This document shows, piece after piece, positions 25,800 to 36,261 of a stretch of 64,000 nucleotides of DNA (positions are counted from its first letter, which is position 1; the number at the start of each line of letters is the position of its first letter). The notes under the pieces are model-generated. The model did no database searches. It was not told the origin of the DNA and saw only the letters and a list, made by a program, of their open reading frames with translations. Position numbers and translations under genes: made by a program. Source of the DNA: a virus. The stretch lies in IMG/VR virus record IMGVR_UViG_3300017783_000006, positions 14,805 through 78,804 of that record, one strand, 5' to 3'.

Positions 25800-28118
25800 T
25801 TAACTGAAGTTGAGTGATGATGTACCGTAAACTCTAATTGCTCCTGTTGAATCTTTGAGAAGAGCAAAACTTAGAATATCTTCATTATTTGTTGGGTTTG
25901 GTGCAATACCACCTGGCCAACGTACTCCACCTGAAACACTAGTTCCATTGATACTGCACTGCTCACCATAAGTAATTAATGAGTCTGAATCAATGATAAG
26001 AGTGATTGTAGTTGATTTAGATGTTTCTGTATTGATGCCAGTAAATGCCCACTCCGAAACTGTTGTTGTTAGGAATCCAACTGCAATAGTTGACGTAGAA
26101 ACATCAATAGTTAGTTTACCAGAACCATTAGGAACAAATTCATCAGCAAAATCACCAATGATGTTCTCTGTTACTGCACCCTCAAAGTGTGCATATCCAG
26201 CAAGTCTAGCATCACCCAATAAGTCCAATGATGACCTAGGTGTTGTTGAACCGATACCAACTTTATAGTTGCTATCTACAATAACATCACCTTCAAATTC
26301 ACTTCTACCTTGTACTAATAGTTGTGCCGCATAATCACTTGTTACGGTTGTACCAATGCCAACCTTACCATCAGTCTTCCAAATATTTTCATTGCCATCC
26401 TTCTCCCAGTTTGATGCAATATAAATTTCACCATTTTCGTATAATGTTCCAGTGAAATTAATATTACCATTAACATCCACATTAAACTGAGGAACTGTAT
26501 TACCAACTCCCAAGTAATTTGAGGAGGGGTTATAAACTAAGTTGCCATCATCAACTTGTGGAGTTCCTGTATCATCTACAGTCTCCGTAAACATCAAATT
26601 GAATAGTTGATCTGTGGAGTTATCTAAAATACTAACAGATGCAGCAGCACCAACAGTAACATTTTGTGCTGGAGACCACCTTGCTGGATTTGGACCTTGT
26701 GAGGTTAAGACTTCACCAGAAACACCTCTTCCATTAGTTGTATAAATTAAACCGTTGAATTGAACATCACCATTAACATCTAATTCATATGCAGCATCAG
26801 TTTTAATTCCTATTCTATTTGTAACTGAAATATCAGTTGCTGCTATGCTTGCAACACTTAATGTATTTGCAATTGAAATATTTCCTGTTCCACCACCTTC
26901 TAGATTGACATTAATTGCAGTGAGATTTGCAATAGTTGCTACTCCAATATAACCATAAGTTACAGTTGAAACCCCAACAGTTGCAATTCCTACATTAGAG
27001 AATTCAACATCTTCACTTGTAATATCTGCATTTGATATAGTTGCTAATCCAATATTTGCATCTACTGCATGGACATACTGAATAGTTGCTACACCAATAT
27101 TTGCATTGGTTGTAGTTGTGTATCCAATAGTTGCAAAGTCTATATCTGCTTCAAAAATACTGGTAATGCCAGAAAAACTTTGATTGGTTGATTTCAACTC
27201 AGTGATAGTTGCTAAACCTACACTTGAGTATGTACCAACCTGACGATAGACGGTAGATATACCAGTTACATTCTCATTTTCCGTTTCAAATACTGTTGAC
27301 TCTAATGTTGATGATGTAGTTACTCCAGAATTAATGTAATCAGCATTAAATCTTGTACTAACTAGGGAATCAATAAGTGATGTGTTAACACCAGTAGCAT
27401 CAGGGGCACTTATTGTATTTGCGTTAATATATCCTGCTCTTAATTTTCCTATCTTACTGAAAGTTGCTTCATCATCACCTGGACGAAGAGTTGTTGCGCC
27501 GGTAATTGCTTCTGGATTTCCAATAAAAGCATTTGCTCTTACTTTCCCTTCTGTTCCTACTCCAGAAACGTGTAATCTTTCTGTTGGTACGGTTGTGCCA
27601 AATCCAACGTTACTTACATCTGCATAATAAAAGAGTTCGGGGATTTCTTCTAAGAATCCATCTGCCCCTTTCATTTGGAACTGCCCAAGGTCACCTTCGG
27701 CAGCACTGTCTACAATAATTGTTGCAATACCTGTTTGTTCAGATGATGACGTACCAACATATGCTACTGATACACCAGCACCAACAAAGTCCAAAGTAAA
27801 GAAACTACTTGCTGAACCAACAAGAATTCCTTCATCTCTAATAGTAACAGCACCAGGAACAGCACCTAAACCAAGACCCGAAAGTGCATTAGTTGGAACC
27901 CAGTATCTACTAGGTCCAAATGATGTTCCACCATACGATGCAAGGATATATGCATCACCTTGAGGAAATGGTTTTGCCCCAATTGATGATGGTCCTATTA
28001 TTGGATCACCAAGGTCTGGTTCTGCCTCTGGTAAACTTAGATACTGATACCGACTAGTCGATAATGCATCTTGAGCAAGTTTTATAACTCTTTTACTTTG
28101 AAAATCAGGTACGCTCAT
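25800..28118 (-). CDS. Tail fibre protein
   Basis: Repeated [IV]G.AT[IV] beta motifs; G.GT..P...L.V.G fibre repeats. Confidence 0.75.
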   Translation of the reverse strand: MSVPDFQSKRVIKLAQDALSTSRYQYLSLPEAEPDLGDPIIGPSSIGAKPFPQGDAYILASYGGTSFGPSRYWVPTNALSGLGLGAVPGAVTIRDEGILVGSASSFFTLDFVGAGVSVAYVGTSSSEQTGIATIIVDSAAEGDLGQFQMKGADGFLEEIPELFYYADVSNVGFGTTVPTERLHVSGVGTEGKVRANAFIGNPEAITGATTLRPGDDEATFSKIGKLRAGYINANTISAPDATGVNTSLIDSLVSTRFNADYINSGVTTSSTLESTVFETENENVTGISTVYRQVGTYSSVGLATITELKSTNQSFSGITSIFEADIDFATIGYTTTTNANIGVATIQYVHAVDANIGLATISNADITSEDVEFSNVGIATVGVSTVTYGYIGVATIANLTAINVNLEGGGTGNISIANTLSVASIAATDISVTNRIGIKTDAAYELDVNGDVQFNGLIYTTNGRGVSGEVLTSQGPNPARWSPAQNVTVGAAASVSILDNSTDQLFNLMFTETVDDTGTPQVDDGNLVYNPSSNYLGVGNTVPQFNVDVNGNINFTGTLYENGEIYIASNWEKDGNENIWKTDGKVGIGTTVTSDYAAQLLVQGRSEFEGDVIVDSNYKVGIGSTTPRSSLDLLGDARLAGYAHFEGAVTENIIGDFADEFVPNGSGKLTIDVSTSTIAVGFLTTTVSEWAFTGINTETSKSTTITLIIDSDSLITYGEQCSINGTSVSGGVRWPGGIAPNPTNNEDILSFALLKDSTGAIRVYGTSSLNFS

Positions 28119-28123
28119 TTTAA

Positions 28124-28480
28124 TTATTGATTAAATGTTTCTAGGATACTAGTTACAAATTTTAAATTACCAGCACTACTTGCACTAATAGAAATAGTAT
28201 CGGATGTTTCTAATACCAATTTACCTGCAAGAACGTTAGCAGTATCATTAGGCAGAATTGTAAAGTCTTTTAGTAATTCTGTAGTTACTGTTCCAATTCC
28301 AGCAACGTTTCTATTATGGTAAAAACTGAAAGTATGTGGTGTTGAATCTATATTAGCAACCTGTGCTAAAAGAGTAACACCAACAAATCCAACTGGTGCT
28401 TCATATACAACTTCAGTTGAAATACCAGCTACTTTAGTAACTGTCCTAAAATTATTAACCGCAGCGTTTGCAATAGCCAT
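28124..28480 (-). CDS. Small structural (fibre-associated) protein
   Basis: VYEAP.G..GV.L.AQVAN...GKLVLE...SILET. Confidence 0.7.
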   Translation of the reverse strand: MAIANAAVNNFRTVTKVAGISTEVVYEAPVGFVGVTLLAQVANIDSTPHTFSFYHNRNVAGIGTVTTELLKDFTILPNDTANVLAGKLVLETSDTISISASSAGNLKFVTSILETFNQ

Positions 28481-28499
28481 TTTCTTTTAAATACTCCTA

Positions 28500-31400
28500 T
28501 TAGTCTGTTAGTGCTAGGATGAATGGTGTCATCGTTGTGAATAGTGCTTTAGTGAAGTCTCTACCAGAAATAGAACCAGTTGACTGATTAATAATAATTC
28601 CATCACCGATTCTAAAATTACCTGCTTGGTCTGTGCTTGTGAATACAACAGAACCACCATTATTTTGAACAACTTCATTTTCTTGTATAGTTACACCACC
28701 TTGTGCAGGTCGTGCTCCATTAATGTCGTTGCCAGCACCAATAAATTCAAAAGCATGAGATGAAGTAAGTTGTAAACTCAATCTCGACAAGAATGCTGTA
28801 CTACCAGCACTTACGGTATTATTTAGGTTCTGTGCTAAGGATACAGTAGATAAACCAGAAACTGGTTTTGTTGCTTCAAGAATTGTATAATAAATTGGTT
28901 CCATAGCAGTTGCGGAAGCAGTTGCAGTCGTTCCTGCACCTGTAGGTCCAGCAATTGTTATATTTGGTGCTCCAACATATTGTGTTCCATTGGTAACAAC
29001 ATTAATTTCAATAACAGAACCATTCTCTATAGTTGCAACTGCCTGTGCGGTAATGCCATTTGGACCTGTTGGTGCATCAATCGTTATTCTTGGTGGAACA
29101 TCATAACCAGAACCACCATCAGTTACTCCAATAGTCTCAACAATTTCATATAAAGTATCGAAGTAAAGTGCTTGACCATCATATGGTCTTTGTGTTCCTA
29201 CACCAGAGATTTCAATAACATTCTGTCCTCTTGATGCTTCTGCATTTACTTCACCGGTATATCTGTATATTGACTTAGATAATGGACCACCAACACCTTC
29301 AGAAACAAGACCAAAAGTACCAAATGATGAGTTGGAGTTGGTTAAATCGCATTGACCACCAGACTCAGTATAAATTGCAATGTCGGTACAGATAGTGAAG
29401 ATAGAAACTAACTGAGCATATGCACCATTAGTAACAGAAACTCCGATACCACCTTGATTGTATTGAGTATAAGAGTCAACTGACATTGAACCAGTGACAC
29501 CAATATCATCTTTATCACCAAGTTCTGCATCAAAACCGTTAATTCTCATTCCAATACTCTTTGGAATGAAGTTTGTGCAGTTTCTAATATATGGACCTTG
29601 TGTGATTGGACCAACCCCAGGTGAGAATGAAGGATCATTTGGATTATTACTTCCAGCACCATTATTGCCAGGATATGTGGTATTGATACCAACACCTAGA
29701 ATTGAGGGACCATTATCAATAATTAGATTGATTCCACCAATGCAAGAATAAATTGCCGAAACCACATTAGTACATCCACTTGGATGATTGTTCATCCCCG
29801 TGGATGAATCTGCTTGAATTGATAAATCTCTAACTTGAGTATATTCTGACTGATAATTAATTCGTTTTTGTACTTCTCCACCAGATGAATATGTATGTGG
29901 AATTGTTGAAAGTCCAGTATTTACTTCAAATTGATTTGTATTTCCTACACCTAAGACTTCAAATGTATATCCATAATTTCCACTTGGATAGTAATAAGTT
30001 CCAACTCCAGTTGAGCAAGTAAATCCTAAACCACTTAGGGTTACAATATCACCAGTTTGCAATCCATGACCAACAGAAGTAATCGTTGTTATTCCAGTTC
30101 CACCATCATAATATGCTTGGATAACTGGGGTTGCAGCACCATCGGTTTTTCCTGCCCAATGTGAATTATTAACAATGGAACGACATACACTTGCTGCATA
30201 TGTTAATGCATCCATAGTTTCTGTCTTAACTCCAACAATATGCTGAAGTGCATCACCACTATAATAACTCAATCCAGCACCAACACACTTAGAGTTTCCT
30301 CCTCTAGTGATATCATGCATTACTGCCTTCAGAACATCCTTTACATCGTCTCTGCAATTTTGAGAATCATCTGGATTTCCCTGTGCATCAAGAACTTGGA
30401 ATGGTGGGTCTTGATAATCTGTGCTAGTTAAATATCCTACAGTTTCATGTGCAATAAAATCAATGTTATTGCGAATCAATCTTGCCCCATCAAAAAATGC
30501 ATTACCAGCAACTCCTAGTAATGGTTGGAATGCAATAACAGCAGCACCATCTTGTGCTTCTTGTCCTTGGAAACTTAAATCTGTAATATGACAAGCATTA
30601 TTTACATAGAATAAATCGTTGGCAGGATTTTGTGGACTAATTATACAGTTACGTAATTCTGCACCTTCTACAGCAACATTACGTCCTAAAATAATTGGAT
30701 TATCTTCTACATAAATTCCAGGGAAAACTTTAATCGTATCACCTTCTTCTGCAATCAATGATGCTGATTTTACTGTTCTCTTAGTATCACTTTCACTTAA
30801 ACCAGAGTTTGTATCATCACCACCCTGTGAAACATAAATTGTTTTTCCAACTGGTTTAAATGCGGAAATAGTTACTTGTCCCTTTCCATTAGATGGACTT
30901 AGAGTAATACCAATACCAGCAACAATTGTTGTAACAATACCACTTAAGAATTCACCACCACCAACAAATTGTGCTGCTGTTACAACACCAGTCACATTCA
31001 GGTCATTAAAAGTTGCACCCTCAAGAGCAGAAAAGTCAATATTCGAGAATGTAGCAACACCTGCAACTCTTAAGTCTTGAACGGTAGAACCAGCAGAAAC
31101 GTTAATACCATTAGTAACGTCTACTCTACCGACTAATGTGCCAATACCATTTGTCTCTAAGTTTTCAAAGAAATCAATTCCTAATGCTTCTTGGAATGCA
31201 TCTTTGGTGAAATCATCAATACCACCAATATTTCTTAATTCTGCAACACCAGTTGTACCGACACCAATAACTCTCTCTGAACCAACACCAATTGCTGCGA
31301 ATGTACCAAATCCAGTTACATTTAGAAATTCGGTTTCAATACTTGGAGCAATAATTGAACCAGCACTGTCTTGGAAAATAACAGTATTAAAAATAGCAGT

Positions 31401-32273
31401 TCCAGCAACTGCTACATTAGTGAAATCTGCTTGACCAGAAGAATATATGTCTGAAAATGTAGAAAATCCACTTACATTAAGTGCATTTAAATTTGAAATA
31501 TCCAAAGATGATAGTAATGTATCTCTTGTATTACTATCAATACCTCCTAAGTTACTAATCAATGTTGGTGTAATATCACCAACTGTTATAGAACTAATCC
31601 CCAAGTTACCAGAAATATAAGCATTTCCTTCAACATGTAAATTCCATTGGGGTGATGCTGTACCTATACCAAAACTAATAGTATCAGGAATATAAGTCAG
31701 TTCAAGTGAATCTGTAAAGACACTTGTATCTGTATCTGTAAACTTAACAAAAGTTAAATATTGTACATCGACATCATCTGGATTATTTTGAGCACTGATT
31801 GAAACCGCAGCACCAACAGATGCAAATGCAGTTCCAGTAATATCAATATCATAAGCACCAGTTAATCTTTCTGATGGGATAATACCATCAGTAATTCTAG
31901 AAGCATCACTTAAAGAATTTGCAGTCTCTGCAATACCAGTGATATTGGCATCATACGTTCCATCAAGTCTTCCTCTAGGAACAGTTCCTCCAGTTATTTC
32001 ATCTGCATTTGTTAGTGCATTAGCAGATGCAACAGAAACATTATAGAAACCCGACAGTCTATCTGCAGGAACTGTCCCTGAAACAATATTGCTTGCACTT
32101 GCTAGTATTGTTGCAGTCGTAGCAGTACCAACTAAATCACCTTTAAATTGATTTGCCGTAACCGTAGTTGCTCCAACAATTCCATTATCTGTCAGATTTA
32201 AATTATCACCAGGTTGTATTTCCTGTATCTGACCAGATTGGGAATTTGCTATTAATGGATATCTATCTGCCAT
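28500..32273 (-). CDS. Tail fibre/virion structural protein
   Basis: MADRYPL start; internal G.VP..RL.G.Y repeats; C-terminal domain similar to the 2812-aa protein (TNSNSSFG, SH.FE..G.G). Confidence 0.8.
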   Translation of the reverse strand: MADRYPLIANSQSGQIQEIQPGDNLNLTDNGIVGATTVTANQFKGDLVGTATTATILASASNIVSGTVPADRLSGFYNVSVASANALTNADEITGGTVPRGRLDGTYDANITGIAETANSLSDASRITDGIIPSERLTGAYDIDITGTAFASVGAAVSISAQNNPDDVDVQYLTFVKFTDTDTSVFTDSLELTYIPDTISFGIGTASPQWNLHVEGNAYISGNLGISSITVGDITPTLISNLGGIDSNTRDTLLSSLDISNLNALNVSGFSTFSDIYSSGQADFTNVAVAGTAIFNTVIFQDSAGSIIAPSIETEFLNVTGFGTFAAIGVGSERVIGVGTTGVAELRNIGGIDDFTKDAFQEALGIDFFENLETNGIGTLVGRVDVTNGINVSAGSTVQDLRVAGVATFSNIDFSALEGATFNDLNVTGVVTAAQFVGGGEFLSGIVTTIVAGIGITLSPSNGKGQVTISAFKPVGKTIYVSQGGDDTNSGLSESDTKRTVKSASLIAEEGDTIKVFPGIYVEDNPIILGRNVAVEGAELRNCIISPQNPANDLFYVNNACHITDLSFQGQEAQDGAAVIAFQPLLGVAGNAFFDGARLIRNNIDFIAHETVGYLTSTDYQDPPFQVLDAQGNPDDSQNCRDDVKDVLKAVMHDITRGGNSKCVGAGLSYYSGDALQHIVGVKTETMDALTYAASVCRSIVNNSHWAGKTDGAATPVIQAYYDGGTGITTITSVGHGLQTGDIVTLSGLGFTCSTGVGTYYYPSGNYGYTFEVLGVGNTNQFEVNTGLSTIPHTYSSGGEVQKRINYQSEYTQVRDLSIQADSSTGMNNHPSGCTNVVSAIYSCIGGINLIIDNGPSILGVGINTTYPGNNGAGSNNPNDPSFSPGVGPITQGPYIRNCTNFIPKSIGMRINGFDAELGDKDDIGVTGSMSVDSYTQYNQGGIGVSVTNGAYAQLVSIFTICTDIAIYTESGGQCDLTNSNSSFGTFGLVSEGVGGPLSKSIYRYTGEVNAEASRGQNVIEISGVGTQRPYDGQALYFDTLYEIVETIGVTDGGSGYDVPPRITIDAPTGPNGITAQAVATIENGSVIEINVVTNGTQYVGAPNITIAGPTGAGTTATASATAMEPIYYTILEATKPVSGLSTVSLAQNLNNTVSAGSTAFLSRLSLQLTSSHAFEFIGAGNDINGARPAQGGVTIQENEVVQNNGGSVVFTSTDQAGNFRIGDGIIINQSTGSISGRDFTKALFTTMTPFILALTD

Positions 32274-32323
32274 TAGATGTCTGATTACTTTTTTCCATAT
32301 AATATATAGGTTCCCAACAAGAA

Positions 32324-34045
32324 TCAGTTTTCATATTCAGAATAATCACTATTTTTTAAAGTACTTAATCTATCTTTAATATCTTTGATGTCATCTCTAA
32401 TAGATGCTGCTGCTTGAAGTAAAGACCAAGCAAATAATTGAAGTCTATCCTTTTCTTCTTTTAATGCTCTAGACTCGTCAATTATCCTTAGTGTTGGTTG
32501 TTTATATTTAGAGATAGCATTAGATAAATCATCCAAAGCATCATCAATATCATTGTCATAACCACTACATCCAGATCCTCCACCTGGTGGTGATGAAGTA
32601 TATCCATATGTTGCTGTACTTTGTGTTCCCCCAATGGTTACTTTTGTTCCGAGTGATGCATATACTGCAGAACCAGGGATAACTTGGTTAAACTGACCAT
32701 AAGTATTAGATGTTACTGTTGGCCATTGTTGATTACCAATCCAATAATCTGCTCTTCCAGCACCAACTCTAGGTTCTTCAACGGCATCAATTATAAAGTC
32801 ATCACCTGGACGACTAATTCTTATTTCTTCAGATGCAGTAAATGGATTCCATGACGCAGAGGATTGACATCCGTTATCTGTATATTCAACACTATGCCCT
32901 GCACCTAGATTTCCATCACCTCGTCCTTTAATTGCTTCAATTCTTTCGGGGACATATGGATTTCCAATAGGATTAAAATTTCCTATACGATCATCATCAT
33001 TTTCAACATCAATTACATAAAATCTTTCACTTGTCGCAAAACCACTTGAAACAGTTGAAAGATAAAAACCAACTGTTTCTGTAATAACACCTACCCTAAA
33101 AGCACCTTCTTGGAAAGCATTAATAGCAGGTTTATCTATTGTTAGTGTCGGTACAGTAATTGTTGAAACACTTAAAACACCATCTGAATTGTAATAGTAT
33201 AGTTCATAGTTGTCTGTGCCAAAACCAGTGATAGCAGTATATCCATCAGCAGACAAATATTCACCAAATCCAGCAGTGGCACCAGAACCAATTGGTTCTA
33301 ACAAAATCATTCCAGTAGTTAAATTGCTACTATCACCTCCTCCAAAATGGTAAAAAGTATTACTACCTGTCGTAATACCACCAATAATTGAAGTACTAAT
33401 TCCTATTACTTGTGTTGTTCCAATGCTTACAATTTCTGGTAAATTTCCAGGTTGAAAAACTTGAGGATTACTTAAGTCATCAGTAATAATATTTCCAACT
33501 TTAATTTCTCCTGGAGCATTTGGGGTTTCATCACCAAATTGACCTAAGTCCATTCCTACTGCTAAATCACCAGAATTTATGAATCCAATAAAATCACTTA
33601 TTAATTCTGAACCATAATCTCTATCCATTGGTCTTTGCCAATACTTTATTCCATGATAATTAGTATGTCCATGTACACCATCATCTCCATTGCATCCATC
33701 TGGACCACCATTTATTACAACTTCATAAACTTGAAAACTCTCTGAACTTTGTACTCCACCTTGACCGGAGTTAGTTACAGTGTAGGAATCCACCAGTTCC
33801 CATATCAAATTAGTTCTACAACCAGCATTAAATCTATCAGTATATGCCTTTTTAACTTTATTTACGGCATCATTAATCCTTTCTACATTATGAGCTCCAT
33901 CTCTGTCCATATTGACTACGACATCATAAACTTCATCAATTTGAACATCGATTAAAGTTAATTGATCTAATACCCCCACTTTTTGTTTTTCTTTACTTTC
34001 TAACTCCTCTTCTAATCTCTCAATAATACGTTGAACTACAGACAT
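32324..34045 (-). CDS. Putative virion structural protein with terminal coiled coils
   Basis: 573 aa; ATAAATA at 34079-34085. Confidence 0.6.
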   Translation of the reverse strand: MSVVQRIIERLEEELESKEKQKVGVLDQLTLIDVQIDEVYDVVVNMDRDGAHNVERINDAVNKVKKAYTDRFNAGCRTNLIWELVDSYTVTNSGQGGVQSSESFQVYEVVINGGPDGCNGDDGVHGHTNYHGIKYWQRPMDRDYGSELISDFIGFINSGDLAVGMDLGQFGDETPNAPGEIKVGNIITDDLSNPQVFQPGNLPEIVSIGTTQVIGISTSIIGGITTGSNTFYHFGGGDSSNLTTGMILLEPIGSGATAGFGEYLSADGYTAITGFGTDNYELYYYNSDGVLSVSTITVPTLTIDKPAINAFQEGAFRVGVITETVGFYLSTVSSGFATSERFYVIDVENDDDRIGNFNPIGNPYVPERIEAIKGRGDGNLGAGHSVEYTDNGCQSSASWNPFTASEEIRISRPGDDFIIDAVEEPRVGAGRADYWIGNQQWPTVTSNTYGQFNQVIPGSAVYASLGTKVTIGGTQSTATYGYTSSPPGGGSGCSGYDNDIDDALDDLSNAISKYKQPTLRIIDESRALKEEKDRLQLFAWSLLQAAASIRDDIKDIKDRLSTLKNSDYSEYEN

Positions 34046-34088
34046 AATATTATTTTCTAAAAAATCTTTTTATAATGGTATTTATTTC

Positions 34089-34772
34089 TTATAACTGCTT
34101 CCATTGAGATGGGTGAGTGCATCCTTGGTGATGCTTATAATATTCTGGTTTAAGTGTGACTCTTAAATCACCAGCAATTGCACATCTTTCATTTACTCTT
34201 GGAATTGTCTTTTTTGTATGATGATAAGTTCCTGTTGGCATCAATAACACTGTTCCCTCATGTGGGGTTATGGTATAATGGTTGCAATTAAATTTATTAA
34301 AACCAGTCATAACATTATGCTTATCCGCAACATCAAACCAACCTTCGCATACTTGGTTATGATTATCATCTGGCATTCTACTTACAACGAATTTATCGGA
34401 ACTGTCGTCAGTATTTAAGTAATATACAAAACTTATATTTGCTTCGTTATGTTTATGAAATGCTAATGAGGGGGTAGTATCATCACGATGATATACTACC
34501 CAAGATTTTACAATATGATAATCCATCAAATTATAATTAATTCCAAGAACTTCTAGATATTCATTTAATGCTTCTTTTAGTGAAACAAAGAAATCAGAAT
34601 ATTCTTCTTTTAGATGTACAAAGATTCTAGAAGATGCTTCTGGAGATTCGTATTCATATCCATTAAACCAATATTGTTTCAAACTTTCAAAATGTTTTTC
34701 CTTGAATTCAGAATGACATTTTATTTCAGTCTGATGAACTGCTAAGGGAAAAACCTCATGCGTTTTGCTCAT
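34089..34772 (-). CDS. 2OG-Fe(II) oxygenase-like protein (TIGR02466-like)
   Basis: KSWV, H.H, ISFVYY, P.EG..L.P...H, R..IAG. Confidence 0.75.
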   Translation of the reverse strand: MSKTHEVFPLAVHQTEIKCHSEFKEKHFESLKQYWFNGYEYESPEASSRIFVHLKEEYSDFFVSLKEALNEYLEVLGINYNLMDYHIVKSWVVYHRDDTTPSLAFHKHNEANISFVYYLNTDDSSDKFVVSRMPDDNHNQVCEGWFDVADKHNVMTGFNKFNCNHYTITPHEGTVLLMPTGTYHHTKKTIPRVNERCAIAGDLRVTLKPEYYKHHQGCTHPSQWKQL

Positions 34773-34778
34773 ATTATA

Positions 34779-35672
34779 TCATAACTTATATTCACTATTA
34801 TCTCCTGGATAATCTTCTGCTGTCAACCCCTTGTATTCTGGAATATTTTTAGCAACATCTTTTCTTTCAGCAGTTATTGTGTAGTAACAATCAATCTTTG
34901 AACCATTATTGTTTTTTATAATTATAGTTTGACCCCACTCTATCCTGTCAAAGTATAATTCCTGATGCATTTTAATCGGAGTCAATTGAACTCCTAGAGT
35001 TTCCATATCAACCAATCCCTTCCAATAATCTGGTATTTCTATTTTATTATTATTTGTTAGTCTTCCCCTAAAATAAACCTCTGCTGCTGGTCCTTCAAGA
35101 CAGACGTAACGTAATCTATGATCTTTTTTAGTGGGATGTAAAATATCAAATGGTTTTTTAGAAACTGCAATCGTAAACGCCTTCGTTGCAACCTTAAAGG
35201 TTGCATTTAATGAAGCAGCAGAAGAAAGAACGTCAGCAGCCGATACAATTCCTCCAACAGTTAATTTACCTGCAACAAATGCACCTGCATTATCAACAGA
35301 TGTTCCATTTCCTATATTAATAGCATTTTTTAAGTCAACACCATTCTTCAAACTCAATGCATTCTTAATTGTGGTTCCCAACTTTGTTGTTAATCCAGTA
35401 AATGTACTAATAGCAAATACATTTAATGTTCCGACGATGTTTGTAATTCCAGTTACTTCCAATGATGCGGGAGCTGATAGACCAGGGAGAGGTGGTCCAA
35501 TCATTACTGTTGCTCTAGCAAGACCAACTTGTAGTGTTGCACCACAGTAAACTGGTCCATTTAAAACTGCTGTTCCAGGACTAACTCTACCAGTACCAGA
35601 TAAAAATGAAGTATCTACTTGTCCAACTATAAGTTTATCTCCTACAGTGGAAATAGATGAAAGTGCTGGCAT
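34779..35672 (-). CDS. Baseplate spike or tail-associated structural protein
   Basis: K.FDI.HP.K..HRLRYVCLEGP..VY.RG C-terminal motif; downstream of gp5. Confidence 0.6.
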   Translation of the reverse strand: MPALSSISTVGDKLIVGQVDTSFLSGTGRVSPGTAVLNGPVYCGATLQVGLARATVMIGPPLPGLSAPASLEVTGITNIVGTLNVFAISTFTGLTTKLGTTIKNALSLKNGVDLKNAINIGNGTSVDNAGAFVAGKLTVGGIVSAADVLSSAASLNATFKVATKAFTIAVSKKPFDILHPTKKDHRLRYVCLEGPAAEVYFRGRLTNNNKIEIPDYWKGLVDMETLGVQLTPIKMHQELYFDRIEWGQTIIIKNNNGSKIDCYYTITAERKDVAKNIPEYKGLTAEDYPGDNSEYKL

Positions 35673-35674
35673 AA

Positions 35675-36232
35675 TTAACCACCTATAATTTTCAAGAATT
35701 TTTTAAGATTTCCTAAACTATTCAGAAGTTGTCCAATAAATGAACCTTGGAATATATCAACCAAAGAAGCACTAGACTGCTGAACACCAGCTGCTGATTC
35801 TACATAGTTACCCAATAATGATGTAGAACTAGTTGCAGCAATATCAATATTTGTTCCTCTTACTCTACTTGCAGGAGCATCCATTTCAACGATTTTTCCT
35901 GCTTGAATGGTTACTTCACCATCACCTGCCTCACCCATTATACGAATACTCTTTGCTTTTAATGTAATTTGACCATTTGGTGCTTCAAGAACAATATCAC
36001 CATTTTTTGCTTGTATTACTTTTGCTGGTTCACCTTCTTGTGAATTGAGACCACAAACTTCTGTTGAATTTTTTAGAGCAATATCTGATTTATCACCATC
36101 TTGATAATAAGTAAATCCAGTGGCCTCATCAGTAATGACAGAATAAGAACATTTTTTACCACCAATTACTGTTCCAGCCTGAACTCTGTATCCATAACCT
36201 TGTTGCCACCATTCCTTTTCCTGTTCTGCCAT
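35675..36232 (-). CDS. gp5 C-terminal beta-helix-like protein
   Basis: I.A.NG.I.L.A repeats; directly after gp5. Confidence 0.55.
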   Translation of the reverse strand: MAEQEKEWWQQGYGYRVQAGTVIGGKKCSYSVITDEATGFTYYQDGDKSDIALKNSTEVCGLNSQEGEPAKVIQAKNGDIVLEAPNGQITLKAKSIRIMGEAGDGEVTIQAGKIVEMDAPASRVRGTNIDIAATSSTSLLGNYVESAAGVQQSSASLVDIFQGSFIGQLLNSLGNLKKFLKIIGG

Positions 36233-36261
36233 TTAATACACAAACTGGTTTTCTTTATTTA

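Noticed and set aside
14735-32273. Diversity-generating retroelement or invertible tail-fibre cassette
   Set aside because: No reverse transcriptase or invertase in the window and no template/variable repeat pair noticed.
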